A stretch of DNA of 64,000 nucleotides from positions 128,001-192,000 of the forward strand of contig CAVXWP010000016.1 in the NCBI GenBank assembly GCA_963765495.1, given 5' to 3'. A model generated the notes under the pieces. The model searched no databases and was not told where the DNA came from. It worked only from the letters and a program-made list of their open reading frames with translations. How positions within the stretch are numbered: position 1 is the first letter of the stretch; each line of letters starts with the position of its first letter. This stretch comes from Blastocatellia bacterium. Its GTDB lineage: Bacteria > Acidobacteriota > Blastocatellia > UBA7656. Both the position numbers and the translations under genes were made by a program. Below are positions 1 through 12,169 of the stretch, in pieces.

Positions 1-2
1 CA

Positions 3-221
3 CGCAAGTTTTTCAAGAGCAGCGGCTTCAGTTTCACCACGCTTCTCGACGAGCAACAGCAGGTTGCCGCAAGCTATCATATCACCGCCATTCCACAGGT
101 ATTCATAATAGGGAGAGACGGAAAGATAGTCGCGCATTACATAGGGGCTCGAAGTGAAGACGAGTTGCGAGCAGGTTTGAAACAGGCGGGCATCGGCGCG
201 GCCCAGCCGGCCTCCAGGTAA
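3..221 (+). CDS. 3' end of a TlpA/redoxin-family thioredoxin-like protein (partial, runs off window)
   Basis: Own translation of frame 3: RKFFKSSGFSFTTLLDEQQQVAASYHITAIPQVFIIGRDGKIVAHYIG...*. Matches the C-terminal half of TlpA/AhpC-TSA proteins (LLD..VA..Y.I..IP..FIIGRDGKI). The CxxC lies outside the window. Confidence 0.75.
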   Translation, partial: RKFFKSSGFSFTTLLDEQQQVAASYHITAIPQVFIIGRDGKIVAHYIGARSEDELRAGLKQAGIGAAQPASR

Positions 222-257
222 AGAATAAAACTTCCGCATCATAAATGAAAAACCGCT

Positions 258-860
258 ATGAATGACAAGCCGATAAAGGTTGACCCCGTCACGCTCGACG
301 GCCTTCACGTGCGCCTCGAGACTTTGAGCCTCGAACATCATCCGGCGCTGTGCGATGCCGGGCTGGACGAAGAGCTATGGCGCTGGACCACCGCATTTAT
401 CCGAACGCCCGAAAACATGCGCAAGTACATTGAGACGGCGTTGAAAGAACTGGCCGAAGGCACGGCCCTGCCTTTTGCGACCGTTGACAAAGCCTCGAAT
501 CGCGTAGTGGGCAGCACTCGATTTGCAAATATAGACAGATTCAATCGCCGGCTTGAGATCGGCTGGACCTGGATCGCCCGCCCCTTTCAACGTACGGTCG
601 TCAACACCGAAGCAAAATACCTGATGCTAAGACATGCATTTGAGACGCTCGGCTGTATTCGAGTCGAGTTAAAAACCGATTCGCTCAACGAGCGGTCGAG
701 ACGCGCGATCCTTCGCATAGGCGCGAAAGAAGAAGGCGTATTTCGCAATCATATGATCTGCGCGGACGGGCGTCTGCGCCATTCGGTTTACTACAGCATC
801 ATCGATTCGGAATGGCCCGAGGTAAAGACCGGTCTCGAAGAAAAATTGAATCGCGCCTGA
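258..860 (+). CDS. GNAT family N-acetyltransferase (RimJ/RimL-like)
   Basis: Motifs VVGSTRF, LEIGWTW, NTEAKYLMLRHAFETLGCIRVELKTDSLNERSRRAILRIGAKEEG. Confidence 0.9.
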   Translation: MNDKPIKVDPVTLDGLHVRLETLSLEHHPALCDAGLDEELWRWTTAFIRTPENMRKYIETALKELAEGTALPFATVDKASNRVVGSTRFANIDRFNRRLEIGWTWIARPFQRTVVNTEAKYLMLRHAFETLGCIRVELKTDSLNERSRRAILRIGAKEEGVFRNHMICADGRLRHSVYYSIIDSEWPEVKTGLEEKLNRA

Positions 861-861
861 T

Positions 862-897
862 AAATCTCGAATTTGAGATTGAGATTTGAGATCTCAG
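862..897. repeat. Short (TGAGATT)n heptamer array with inverted unit, right after the GNAT stop
   Basis: aaatctcga atttgagatt gagatttgag atctca; same unit as 3669-3715. Confidence 0.55.
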
Positions 898-924
898 ATG
901 AGCGGCATAATCTTCAACTAAAGT

Positions 925-2325
925 TTAGGGCCGCGAATACAAATCTATGACTCGCTCGATAGCCCGTCTGCACACGGCGCAGAAAGGCACGTCGTTGCGC
1001 GTAAACATGATGCAATCCGCTTCGGGGCGATAATAACCCCTGGCCTCGTACATCGCGCCTTCGAAAGCGCCTACCTTGCCGTAATATTTTTCGGAAGACA
1101 GTTGTCGGCTTTCGTGTTCTTTCTCTTCCAGAAAGAGCGCGTCCATCTCTTTTTCAGGTCGGCCAAGCCTGCGAATCTCTCGCCTGCGTTTCTGGATTTC
1201 GAGCGAGTATTTTTCAAACTCTTCCTTATTCCAGGGCGTGGGAATCGGCGTACCCGGCGCGACCAGGTCTTTCCACTTCAGGTTATCGGGGTCGAGCAGC
1301 GCCGTGGCGTTTGGCTCCCACGGCTCCACGCGGTCGGTGGCGGGCGCATAAGCCACCGATGAAGTGTAGTATTCATCGGCAAGCCCGGCGATGTGGTGCC
1401 CGAATTCATGGATAAAGACGTACGGCGACCAGAGACTGTCGGCGGCTACGGTCGAGTAAAGACCGAATATGCCCCCGCCGCCGTAGGTCTGGTTGTTGAC
1501 GAGTATCTCTACGAACTCGTAGGGCGCAAACGAAGCGATGGTGCGAAAGGCCCGGTTGTCAAAGGTCAGGACGTATCGCTCCGAGCCGAAAGCGTCATAA
1601 GTTGCCCCTAGCGGCGACCCGTGATGCACTCCGGTCGAAGGACGCGAGACTCCCGATTCAGCCGAAGGCGGGCAAAGCGCCCAGACATTGAAATCCGACC
1701 GCCGTTCCTTGAAAGGCGATTTCGAGAAAAGGATGTCGGAAAGCCTTCGCGCATCCTTCTCGAATTTGCCGCGCTCGGCCAGGGTGTACCCGTCGCCGAG
1801 TATGAGAAAGTCAACCTTTGAAGCCGGGTCGCCGCTGTTTTGAATCTCGATGAGCGGCCCGGGCGAGGCGGGCTTCGAAGTGTCTACGAACATATCTGCC
1901 GGGTCGAGTATGGTTGACCAGATTTCGCGAAAGGCATTATGAGCATCGCGCTTTTTCAGGACTACCTGAACGACGGATGCGGGCGCGGGAAAGCGAAGCG
2001 ATTCGTGAAAGGTGCGATTGACGGTCTTCGCCTCATCAGTAGTCTCCCACTCGCCGTAGATCGAAGCGAAGCCGCGCGAGTAAAGCAGGCGATTCGTCTT
2101 GCGGTCAATCACCTCGAAGAGATACTTGCCCAGGTTTGTATCGTCAATCGGCTTCTGCGGGTTTCCCGGCCAGGGAAGCGGTTCGATGACGACCCGGTCT
2201 ACGCTGAATATTTCCTGAGAAGCGTTACCCGTGTGATAGTAATCCAGCCGCATAGTCGGCGTGGCCGCAGAAGCCGCTACGGCAAAGATCGTGAGCAGAA
2301 TGGGGAGTGAGACAAAAAGTTTCAT
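925..2325 (-). CDS. Secreted M64-family (IgA peptidase-like) zinc metallopeptidase
   Basis: Signal peptide MKLFVSLPILLTIFAVAASAA (start moved to 2325). HEFGHHIAGLADEY zinc motif, YGGGG, and C-terminal YYRPEADCIM..FCAVC typical of M64. Confidence 0.88.
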   Translation of the reverse strand: MKLFVSLPILLTIFAVAASAATPTMRLDYYHTGNASQEIFSVDRVVIEPLPWPGNPQKPIDDTNLGKYLFEVIDRKTNRLLYSRGFASIYGEWETTDEAKTVNRTFHESLRFPAPASVVQVVLKKRDAHNAFREIWSTILDPADMFVDTSKPASPGPLIEIQNSGDPASKVDFLILGDGYTLAERGKFEKDARRLSDILFSKSPFKERRSDFNVWALCPPSAESGVSRPSTGVHHGSPLGATYDAFGSERYVLTFDNRAFRTIASFAPYEFVEILVNNQTYGGGGIFGLYSTVAADSLWSPYVFIHEFGHHIAGLADEYYTSSVAYAPATDRVEPWEPNATALLDPDNLKWKDLVAPGTPIPTPWNKEEFEKYSLEIQKRRREIRRLGRPEKEMDALFLEEKEHESRQLSSEKYYGKVGAFEGAMYEARGYYRPEADCIMFTRNDVPFCAVCRRAIERVIDLYSRP

Positions 2326-2382
2326 AATCATATCAGCGATCATACCTCGCAGTGTTATTGAAAATCGCAGTAACTCAAAGTA

Positions 2383-2443
2383 GCCACAGAGGCACAGAGA
2401 AAAGATTATAAAGAAATCTCTGTGTCTTTGTGTCTGCGGTGGC
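2383..2443. repeat. REP-like imperfect inverted repeat built of 8-bp CACAGAG(G/A) units
   Basis: gccacagaggcacagaga ... tctctgtgtctttgtgtctgcggtggc between dut and the M64 gene. Confidence 0.6.
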
Positions 2444-2479
2444 AAATCTTCCCCCTCTCAAGAGAGGCTGGGAATCGAG

Positions 2480-2935
2480 TCATCGAGAAGCCGACCGACC
2501 TGCCCTGCCCGTGCTGCCGAATCCGCCCTCGCCGCGTGACGTAAGGTCGAGCTCTTTTACCTCGACTACGGTTGCCTCGACTACTTTTTGAATCACGAGT
2601 TGAGCTATGCGGTCGCCGCGATGAATGTGAAACGGCTCGCGTTTGTCTGTGTTGAGCATGATGATCCTGAGTTCGCCGCGATAGCCCGCGTCAATAAGAC
2701 CGGGCGAGTTCACGCACGCTATTCCGTGACGCGCGGCAAGCCCGCTGCGAATCATCACAAACCCGGCGTAGCCCGGCGGTATCGCGACCGATACTCCGGT
2801 AGGGATCATGGCGCGCTCGCCCGGTTCAAGAACGAAATCTACGCGGCTGGGCAGATCAAGTCCGGCATCGCCTTCGTGCTGATAACGAGGTGCGGGCAAG
2901 TCTTCTTCGAGCATCTTGACGGCAAGCTCTATCAT
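2480..2935 (-). CDS. dut: dUTP diphosphatase
   Basis: All five dUTPase motifs: AGLDL, RSGLA, GLIDAGYRGE, GDRIAQL, RGEGGFGSTG. Confidence 0.95.
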   Translation of the reverse strand: MIELAVKMLEEDLPAPRYQHEGDAGLDLPSRVDFVLEPGERAMIPTGVSVAIPPGYAGFVMIRSGLAARHGIACVNSPGLIDAGYRGELRIIMLNTDKREPFHIHRGDRIAQLVIQKVVEATVVEVKELDLTSRGEGGFGSTGRAGRSASR

Positions 2936-2994
2936 CGTTTGCCTGCTCCAAAGTCTTTGACAGGGTTAAAGGGAATTATAAAATTTTGAGCCCC

Positions 2995-3591
2995 TCATTT
3001 GAACTCGACCGATTTGATGAAATCCATGTACTGCTGGTCCTGGCCGGCAATTGTCTTTTCGGGGCCGACCAGTTTGACGAAGTAAGCGCCCTTCGGCGTT
3101 TCGATGACCGCCCCGCGAAGACGGTACCCGGCGTTGTTGTGATGGTCGCCGCTGCCCGGCGACATCTCCGCCGTGTAGGTTCCCGAAACATCCACGAGCG
3201 ACACTTTCAACCCGTTCACCGTCATGGTTTCGGTCCGGGCCTTCTCCTTTGGGGAGCCGCCGTCGGGTTGTTCCATCTGGCCTATCCAGCGATCCAGATT
3301 GGCCTCGGTAGAACCGCCCTGCCCCTCGCCAAAATAATAGACGACAAGCGAAGCATCCGCCGCGTCTCCTTCGGCTCGCGGCAGTTTGTACTGGGCCACT
3401 CTCATGTTGGAAGAAGGCGGTTCCTCCATCCACCCGGAGGGGGTTTTGAAATGCAGCCCGCTCGATGACGAACCTGCTTGAGTAGAAGCGGGCGCGCTCG
3501 CGGAATTTGCAGTATAGCCGTTGTCGGAACACGCCCAGCAAAGAACTAACAGAGGCAGTAATATTCCTGCTCTTTTGATCAAGTTAAACAT
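2995..3591 (-). CDS. Hypothetical lipoprotein
   Basis: Hydrophobic N-terminus ending CWAC, Ser-rich linker, then a globular domain (MRVAQY, GQGGSTEANLDRWIGQM, YFVKLVGP). Function unknown. Confidence 0.7.
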   Translation of the reverse strand: MFNLIKRAGILLPLLVLCWACSDNGYTANSASAPASTQAGSSSSGLHFKTPSGWMEEPPSSNMRVAQYKLPRAEGDAADASLVVYYFGEGQGGSTEANLDRWIGQMEQPDGGSPKEKARTETMTVNGLKVSLVDVSGTYTAEMSPGSGDHHNNAGYRLRGAVIETPKGAYFVKLVGPEKTIAGQDQQYMDFIKSVEFK

Positions 3592-3668
3592 GTAGTGAAC
3601 CTTTCCTGACCGACAGTTAAACCCTCAGGTTTTTGCGCTGGAAATGGCTTCATTCCCACCCGTTCATA

Positions 3669-3715
3669 TGAGATTTGAAAGCTGAGATTTGAGATTTGAG
3701 ACCCAAAATCTCAGA
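3669..3715. repeat. (TGAGATT)n heptamer array with inverted unit, just downstream of the alaS stop
   Basis: tgagatttgaaagctgagatttgagatttgagacccaaaatctcaga. Confidence 0.6.
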
Positions 3716-3719
3716 CAGG

Positions 3720-6481
<2,762 letters not shown>

Positions 6482-6626
6482 TTATAGCAATTTTGAATTG
6501 TGCGTAACAGGCGGCGACCATATTGAATGCCAATTTGAAAGAGAGGAGAGTGAGAATAGACCGGGTCCCGTTAAAGTTTCACCTTGCGCGAATGTGCCGC
6601 GCTTGCCATTATCGAAATCTAAGCTT

Positions 6627-8378
6627 ATGAAACCCGAAGAACTTTCACTGTTTGAGCTTTTGCAAATAGACGAGGCCGCCGGGACCATTTATTTCAAAAA
6701 CCGGCGGATGCTGATCTTTGACGCCGACGCGATGGGGCTGCTGCGAAAAGAGCTTATAGAACATCTCGGGGTCGGGCTTGCCCGGCAGATACTCGCCCGC
6801 TTTGGCTATGCCAGAGGCTATCGCGATGCGCTCACTTCGAAGGAGATGTTCGAATGGGAGACGCTCAAACAGTGGTGGAAGGCCGGTACGCGCCTGCACG
6901 CCCTCGAAGGCATAGTCGGCGTGCGCCCGATCATATTCAGGCTCGATGAGCAGACGGGCGATTTCGAGGTCGAAGCCGAATGGATCAATTCGTATGAAGC
7001 CGAGCAACACCTCAAACACATAGGCAAAAGCGATACGCCCGTTTGCTGGACGCTGACAGGTTACGCAAGCGGCTACACATCGGCGGTTCTCGGTCGAAAC
7101 GTCTTTTATTTCGAGCGCGAATGCATAGGCCGGGGCGATGACAGGTGTCTTGTCTTTGCAAAATCCGATCTCGATCAGCGGGGCGAGGATGCGCGCCGCG
7201 CGATGGAGCATTACCACATCGAGGATTTCGACATTCAGCAAATCGTCGAAGGAAGAACCCGCGTCAGACAATTGATGGTTGAGCTTGATCAGAGATCGAA
7301 AGCCCTGACCGCCGAGCGCGAACGGGTCGAAGAACTTCAATCCCAGGTGATTTATCTGCAAGAGGCGATAAATCAAAACTACAACATCAACGAATTGATC
7401 GGCACAAGCGCCGCCTTTCGTCAGGTGATGAATGAAGTAAACCGCATCGCCCAATCGGATGTGACCGTGCTGATATCGGGCGAGACCGGAACCGGCAAGG
7501 AAATCATAGCCCGCTCCATCCACGCGCAAAGCCGGCGGCGCGGCAAGCCCCTCGTTACGGTCAATTGCGCTGCCTTGCCATCGGGGCTTGTCGAGAGCGA
7601 GTTGTTCGGGCACGAAAAGGGCGCGTTCACAGGGGCGAGCGGGCGAAAACTCGGACGATTCGAAATCGCAAATCAGGCTACTATCTTCCTTGATGAAGTC
7701 GGAGAATTGTCGCTCGAAACTCAGGCGAAGTTTCTTCGAGTCTTGCAGGAAGGAGAGTTCGAACGCGTAGGCTCTACCAGAACAATCAAGGTTGATGTGA
7801 GAGTCATCGCAGCCACCAACCAACCGCTCGCCCGGCTGGTTGAGGAAGGCAAATTCCGCTCTGATCTTTTCTATCGCCTTAATGTTTTCCCCTTGCAGGT
7901 TCCGCCTTTGCGCGAGCGAGGCAACGATATAGTTTTGCTGACAAATTACTTCGCGCAGAAATTTCGCGTCCTCTTCAAAAAGAATATATCCTCGATAAGT
8001 CAGGCATCGCTTGAGCGACTTCAGAGCTATTCCTGGCCCGGCAACATCCGCGAACTCGAACACATAATCGAGCGCGCCGTTCTGCTTTCGGATGGAGAGG
8101 TCCTGACGATTGATTTGCCGATCGCAAACACAGCCCCGGCCTTATCGGATCACGCACCTGCAAACAACTCACCTGCAAACAACTCACCTGCAAACAACTC
8201 ACCTGCCCCCCTCGTTACCCTCGAAGAGATGGAACGCGGCTATATTGAGCGCGTCCTCAAACACACAAAAGGAATGATAGGGGGGAAGGGCGGCGCGGCA
8301 GACATTCTTGGCCTGCCCGCCTCTACCCTGCGCAGTCGCATGAAAAAACTCGGCATGAAAAAGCTCGGCATGAAATAG
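6627..8378 (+). CDS. XylR/DmpR-type sigma54-dependent transcriptional activator (XylR_N + V4R + AAA+ + HTH)
   Basis: N-terminal NRRMLIFDADAMGLLRKEL, SYEAEQH, PVCWTLTGYASGY, EREC...GDDRC; GETGTGKE; ESELFGHEKGAFTGA; C-terminal Fis-type HTH. Start set at MKPEEL. Confidence 0.92.
   Translation: MKPEELSLFELLQIDEAAGTIYFKNRRMLIFDADAMGLLRKELIEHLGVGLARQILARFGYARGYRDALTSKEMFEWETLKQWWKAGTRLHALEGIVGVRPIIFRLDEQTGDFEVEAEWINSYEAEQHLKHIGKSDTPVCWTLTGYASGYTSAVLGRNVFYFERECIGRGDDRCLVFAKSDLDQRGEDARRAMEHYHIEDFDIQQIVEGRTRVRQLMVELDQRSKALTAERERVEELQSQVIYLQEAINQNYNINELIGTSAAFRQVMNEVNRIAQSDVTVLISGETGTGKEIIARSIHAQSRRRGKPLVTVNCAALPSGLVESELFGHEKGAFTGASGRKLGRFEIANQATIFLDEVGELSLETQAKFLRVLQEGEFERVGSTRTIKVDVRVIAATNQPLARLVEEGKFRSDLFYRLNVFPLQVPPLRERGNDIVLLTNYFAQKFRVLFKKNISSISQASLERLQSYSWPGNIRELEHIIERAVLLSDGEVLTIDLPIANTAPALSDHAPANNSPANNSPANNSPAPLVTLEEMERGYIERVLKHTKGMIGGKGGAADILGLPASTLRSRMKKLGMKKLGMK
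8155..8206 (+). repeat. In-frame 15-bp tandem repeat x3.5 (PANNS)n in the activator linker
   Basis: cacctgcaaacaact repeated at 8155, 8170 and 8185, partial at 8200. Confidence 0.9.
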
Positions 8379-8446
8379 CCCCGCGAGACGGCGGATTTTC
8401 AGACCTGTTTTCGATCTTCCTCGTGATTTATTTCCAGCTTCACCTT

Positions 8447-8496
8447 GACGCGACATATCGCGTCGACACGAAATATCGCGTCGAAATCTTTTCGAC
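8447..8496. promoter_or_regulatory. Tandem palindromic upstream activator sequences (candidate binding sites of the adjacent enhancer-binding protein)
   Basis: GACGCGA-cata-TCGCGTC (8447-8464), GACACGA-aata-TCGCGTC (8465-8482) and GTCGAAA-tct-TTTCGAC (8480-8496), about 85-135 bp upstream of a sigma54 motif. Confidence 0.65.
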
Positions 8497-8580
8497 TTTA
8501 TCTGCCCGATTCTAATTGCACGCGAGCGTAAACATTATCTATCAAGAGTTTAGGCTCACAAGCGCGATCTCCGTCAGATG

Positions 8581-8596
8581 TGGAAGGGGGATTGCA
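8581..8596 (+). promoter_or_regulatory. sigma54 (-24/-12) promoter
   Basis: TGG-AAGGGGGATT-GCA has GG and GC separated by exactly 10 nt with TTGCA at -12. GGAGG RBS and ATG 8623 follow. Confidence 0.6.
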
Positions 8597-8622
8597 ATAT
8601 CTATAGACGGAGGTTTGGATTA

Positions 8623-8904
8623 ATGAGCGTGCGCATATCTCAAGCTGAGGATCGAAGCACCGGGCAGACATCGCTGCGGGTGGAAGGCTCACTTACGGGC
8701 GAGGCGGTCGAGTTGCTCGAAAATCTTTGCCTGAACCTGCTCAAGCAGCCCGAGACCAGTGTAGTCATCAATCTGGGCGAGGTCGATTTTCTCAACGAAG
8801 ACGCGGCCAGATTATTATGTCGCCTCAAGCGCGAGCAGGGAATTTCACTGGAAGGATGCCGGCTTTTCACTCGGCAGGTCATAGAGGATATGAACGCCTC
8901 ATAG
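8623..8904 (+). CDS. STAS-domain (anti-sigma-factor antagonist-like) small protein
   Basis: LRVEGSLTGEAVELLE...VVINLGEVDFLNEDAARLL, a STAS pattern; GGAGG RBS. Confidence 0.75.
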   Translation: MSVRISQAEDRSTGQTSLRVEGSLTGEAVELLENLCLNLLKQPETSVVINLGEVDFLNEDAARLLCRLKREQGISLEGCRLFTRQVIEDMNAS

Positions 8905-8936
8905 CAATCGGCAGGTTAGAGATCGAGGAAGGAACT

Positions 8937-10394
8937 ATGTCGAAAGTAATAGACGAAAATAGAGAGGGACAATTCGCCTTTGACGGCGACCGGGACGATG
9001 CAGAGTTGCCGGAGATAAACGAAGAGGAATTGAAAAATCTGCTCCGCTCAGCCCCCGCAGAACAACCCGACGCAGAGCAGCCGCTCAGAAAGAAACGGCC
9101 TCTTTATAAACGGCCTGTTGCGATTCTCATCGCGTCATTGCTGGTTATTGCGGGGCTCATTTTCGGGACGCGATACTACCTTTACGCAAGCGCGCACGAA
9201 TCCACGGACGATGCTTTTATAGATGCGCGCATCATACAGATAAGCCCGCAGGTGACCGGCCATATCCTGAAGGTCTATGTTTCAGACAATCAGGAAGTAA
9301 AGAAGGGCGATCTATTGGCAGAGATAGACCCTCGCGATTACCAGGCGCGTCTCGATCAGGCCAGCGCCGCGTTGCAGGCTGCCCAGACAAAACAGCAGGC
9401 TGCCCAGATAAACGTAGGGTTGACAACCACTACATCGAGCGCGGGCGTCGAGCAGGCCGCATCTCAGGTAGAGATGGCGAAATCGGGTGTTGAAACGGCT
9501 CGCGCTCAGGTGAGCGCCGCCGAAGGGCGTTTGGAGCAGGCGCGAGCGCAGGTGAAGACCGCTCAGGCAAACGTGGCTCAGGCGCGGGCACAGGTCGAAG
9601 CGGCACAGGCGGAAGCCGTCCGCGCACAGGCCGATCAGGTGCGGTATCAGAAGTTGTACGAGTCCGAAGACGTATCGCGCCAGCAACTCGATAACGCCAT
9701 AGCGACGGCGCGAACGGCGAACGCGCAGCTTGAGGCGGCGCGAACAAAAGCCGCAGCCACGGAAGCTCAGGTGGCCGAAGCCCGCGCCGCCGAAGGAGCG
9801 GCCGAGGGAAATCTGCAACAGGCAAGGTCGGGGATCACAACCGCTCTGGCTCACGTAGGCGAAACCGCCGGACAATTAGCCGCCGCCAATTCCGCGCCTC
9901 AGCAGGTCGCGGCTAGCCGGTCTCAGGCTCAGACCGCGAGCGCCGACGTTCAACAGGCGCAGGCCAACGTAGCTCAGGCGGAACTCAACCTCTCATATAC
10001 AAAGATATATGCGCCCGAAGACGGGCGGGTGGCTCGCAAATCTATAGAAGAGGGCGCGTTTGTGCAGATCGGTCAGTTGCTTATGGCCGTCGTCCCCGAC
10101 GAGCTTTGGGTTACGGCCAACTTCAAAGAGACCCAGCTTGACAACATAAAGCCGGGCGAGCCGGTCGAAATAAAGACGGATGCCTATCCAGATAAAGTAT
10201 TCAAGGGACACGTTGACAGCATACAGGCGGGTACGGGCGCGCGCTTCAGCTTGCTTCCGCCGGAAAACGCTACGGGCAATTACGTCAAGGTCGTGCAGCG
10301 CGTGCCGGTAAAGATAGTCTTTGATGAACAGCCCGACCCCAGTTACCCGCTCGGCCCCGGCATGTCCGTGATCCCGGAAGTAAAGATTCAGTGA
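8937..10394 (+). CDS. emrA: EmrA/HlyD-family efflux membrane-fusion protein
   Basis: ESTDDAFID, long Ala/Gln coiled coil, WVTANFKETQL, FSLLPPENATGNYVKVVQRVPVKI. Confidence 0.9.
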   Translation: MSKVIDENREGQFAFDGDRDDAELPEINEEELKNLLRSAPAEQPDAEQPLRKKRPLYKRPVAILIASLLVIAGLIFGTRYYLYASAHESTDDAFIDARIIQISPQVTGHILKVYVSDNQEVKKGDLLAEIDPRDYQARLDQASAALQAAQTKQQAAQINVGLTTTTSSAGVEQAASQVEMAKSGVETARAQVSAAEGRLEQARAQVKTAQANVAQARAQVEAAQAEAVRAQADQVRYQKLYESEDVSRQQLDNAIATARTANAQLEAARTKAAATEAQVAEARAAEGAAEGNLQQARSGITTALAHVGETAGQLAAANSAPQQVAASRSQAQTASADVQQAQANVAQAELNLSYTKIYAPEDGRVARKSIEEGAFVQIGQLLMAVVPDELWVTANFKETQLDNIKPGEPVEIKTDAYPDKVFKGHVDSIQAGTGARFSLLPPENATGNYVKVVQRVPVKIVFDEQPDPSYPLGPGMSVIPEVKIQ

Positions 10395-10455
10395 ACCAGA
10401 GCGGTTAAAGACCGCCCGGTCATGAGAGCGTGAAAGCGGACAAGGAAGAGTCAAG

Positions 10456-12045
10456 TTGAGCAGCGAAGTCAAAACCAATTTAATAAACAGCCCCGCCGAT
10501 GAATGGAAGCCGAGTTTCAATCCGTGGCTTATAGCGATGTCGGTCATGCTGGCTACGTTTATGGAGGTGCTCGACACGTCGGTTGCAAACGTAGCTCTTC
10601 CGCACATCGCGGGCAATCTTTCGGCCAGCACCGATCAGGCTACGTGGGTGCTTACGAGCTATCTGGTCTCGAATGCCATCATCCTGCCCGCAACCGGGTG
10701 GCTTGCAAATACATTCGGGCGCAAGCGACTCCTCGTGATCTGCATAATAATCTTCACGCTCTCTTCATTCATGTGCGGCGCGGCGATGAGCCTCGGCATG
10801 CTTATAGTGGCCCGCGTGATTCAGGGCGCGGGAGGCGGAGCGTTGCAGCCCATCGCGCAGGCGGTGATGCTTGAAAGCTTTCCGCCGATCAAACGCGGAG
10901 CGGCGATGGCCGTCTACGGCATGGGAGTGGTCGTAGCCCCCATCATCGGGCCTACGCTCGGCGGGTGGATCACGGATAATTACTCGTGGCGGTGGGTTTT
11001 CTACATCAATCTTCCCGTAGGCATCCTCGCCATATTGATGGCTCAGGCGTTTGTCGAAGACCCGCCTTATATCAAGAGAGCCGCCCGAAAGAGTATTGAT
11101 TATATAGGGTTCGGCCTTATGGCGCTGTGGCTCGCAGCCTTGCAGATAATGCTCGACAAGGGACAGGATGAAGACTGGTTCTCATCGAACTGGATAATCC
11201 TGCTCGCCGTCATTTCAGCCGTCTCGATGGTGGCCTTTATAATCTGGGAGCTTCGCTCGGACGAGCCTATAGTCAACTTGCGGGTTCTTGCAAATCGCAA
11301 CTTCGCGGCGGGCACTTTTCTGATCGCAATCGTAGGCATAGTTCTCTACGGCACGACGGCGCTCTTGCCGCTGTTTCTGCAAAACCTGATGGGCTATCCG
11401 GCCCTGCAAAGCGGTATGGCGGTCAGCCCGCGCGGGCTTGGCACTATGGTCGCGATGATAATCTCCGCCCGCCTGATAGGCCGTGTTGACAGCCGATGGC
11501 TGATCTCAATCGGTTTTTGTTTGCTCGGTATTTCGGTCTACCTGCTTGGCGGCATAAATCTGGACATCACGGCGACGAGCGTCATCTGGCCGATTATCAT
11601 AAGCGGCGCGGCGATGGGATTCGTCTTTGTTCCGCTTTCGACGACTGCGGTGGGCACGCTTCGGCAGGATGAGATGGGCAATGCCACCGGTCTCTACAAC
11701 CTTATGCGAAACATCGGCGGCGGCATAGGCATCTCTGCCGTAACCACCATGCTCGCGCGCGGAGCGCAGGCGCATCAGGCAGCTATGGCCTCGCACATGA
11801 GCATGTATGATCCGGCATTCCAGCAACGTTTACACGCCTTACAGGAAAGACTCGCGTCACAACTCGGGCCGGTCGAGGCGCTACAGCAGGCGACCTCCAT
11901 GCTTTATGGCATGCTTCAGAAGCAGGCCATGCTGTGGGCGTTTATTGACAACTTTCGCTTGCTGGGCCTTGTTTGCCTGATATGCGTTCCTGCCGTTTTC
12001 TTGTTAAAGAAGGTAAGGGCGCGCGGCCCCGTGGCGGCACATTGA
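10456..12045 (+). CDS. emrB: EmrB/QacA DHA2-family MFS efflux permease
   Basis: FMEVLDTSVANVALP, WVLTSYLVS, GPTLGGWITDNYSWRWVFYINLPVG; about 14 TM segments. Confidence 0.92.
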   Translation: MSSEVKTNLINSPADEWKPSFNPWLIAMSVMLATFMEVLDTSVANVALPHIAGNLSASTDQATWVLTSYLVSNAIILPATGWLANTFGRKRLLVICIIIFTLSSFMCGAAMSLGMLIVARVIQGAGGGALQPIAQAVMLESFPPIKRGAAMAVYGMGVVVAPIIGPTLGGWITDNYSWRWVFYINLPVGILAILMAQAFVEDPPYIKRAARKSIDYIGFGLMALWLAALQIMLDKGQDEDWFSSNWIILLAVISAVSMVAFIIWELRSDEPIVNLRVLANRNFAAGTFLIAIVGIVLYGTTALLPLFLQNLMGYPALQSGMAVSPRGLGTMVAMIISARLIGRVDSRWLISIGFCLLGISVYLLGGINLDITATSVIWPIIISGAAMGFVFVPLSTTAVGTLRQDEMGNATGLYNLMRNIGGGIGISAVTTMLARGAQAHQAAMASHMSMYDPAFQQRLHALQERLASQLGPVEALQQATSMLYGMLQKQAMLWAFIDNFRLLGLVCLICVPAVFLLKKVRARGPVAAH

Positions 12046-12051
12046 TAAAGA

Positions 12052-12141
12052 GTGATTTGTGATTCGTGATTAACCAGATTTTCAAATTGTCCTTTACAGG
12101 CAGGCTCCGTAAGAATCACGAATCACTCATCACGAATCACG
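12052..12141. repeat. Inverted (GTGATTC)n array with conserved ~45-bp core (family A, copy 1)
   Basis: gtgatttgtgattcgtgatt-core-aatcacgaatcactcatcacgaatcacg. Core is homologous to those at 20912, 42941 and 63071. Confidence 0.85.
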
Positions 12142-12169
12142 CAGACGTGCCGATCTCAAACGGTTTGAT

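Noticed and set aside
6645-8063. Long antisense ORFs (e.g. 6645-8063, 5058-6149, 37388-38560, 54483-55565, 56124-57113, 58730-59680)
   Set aside because: They are shadow frames opposite well-supported genes in GC-rich DNA, with no motifs or RBS.
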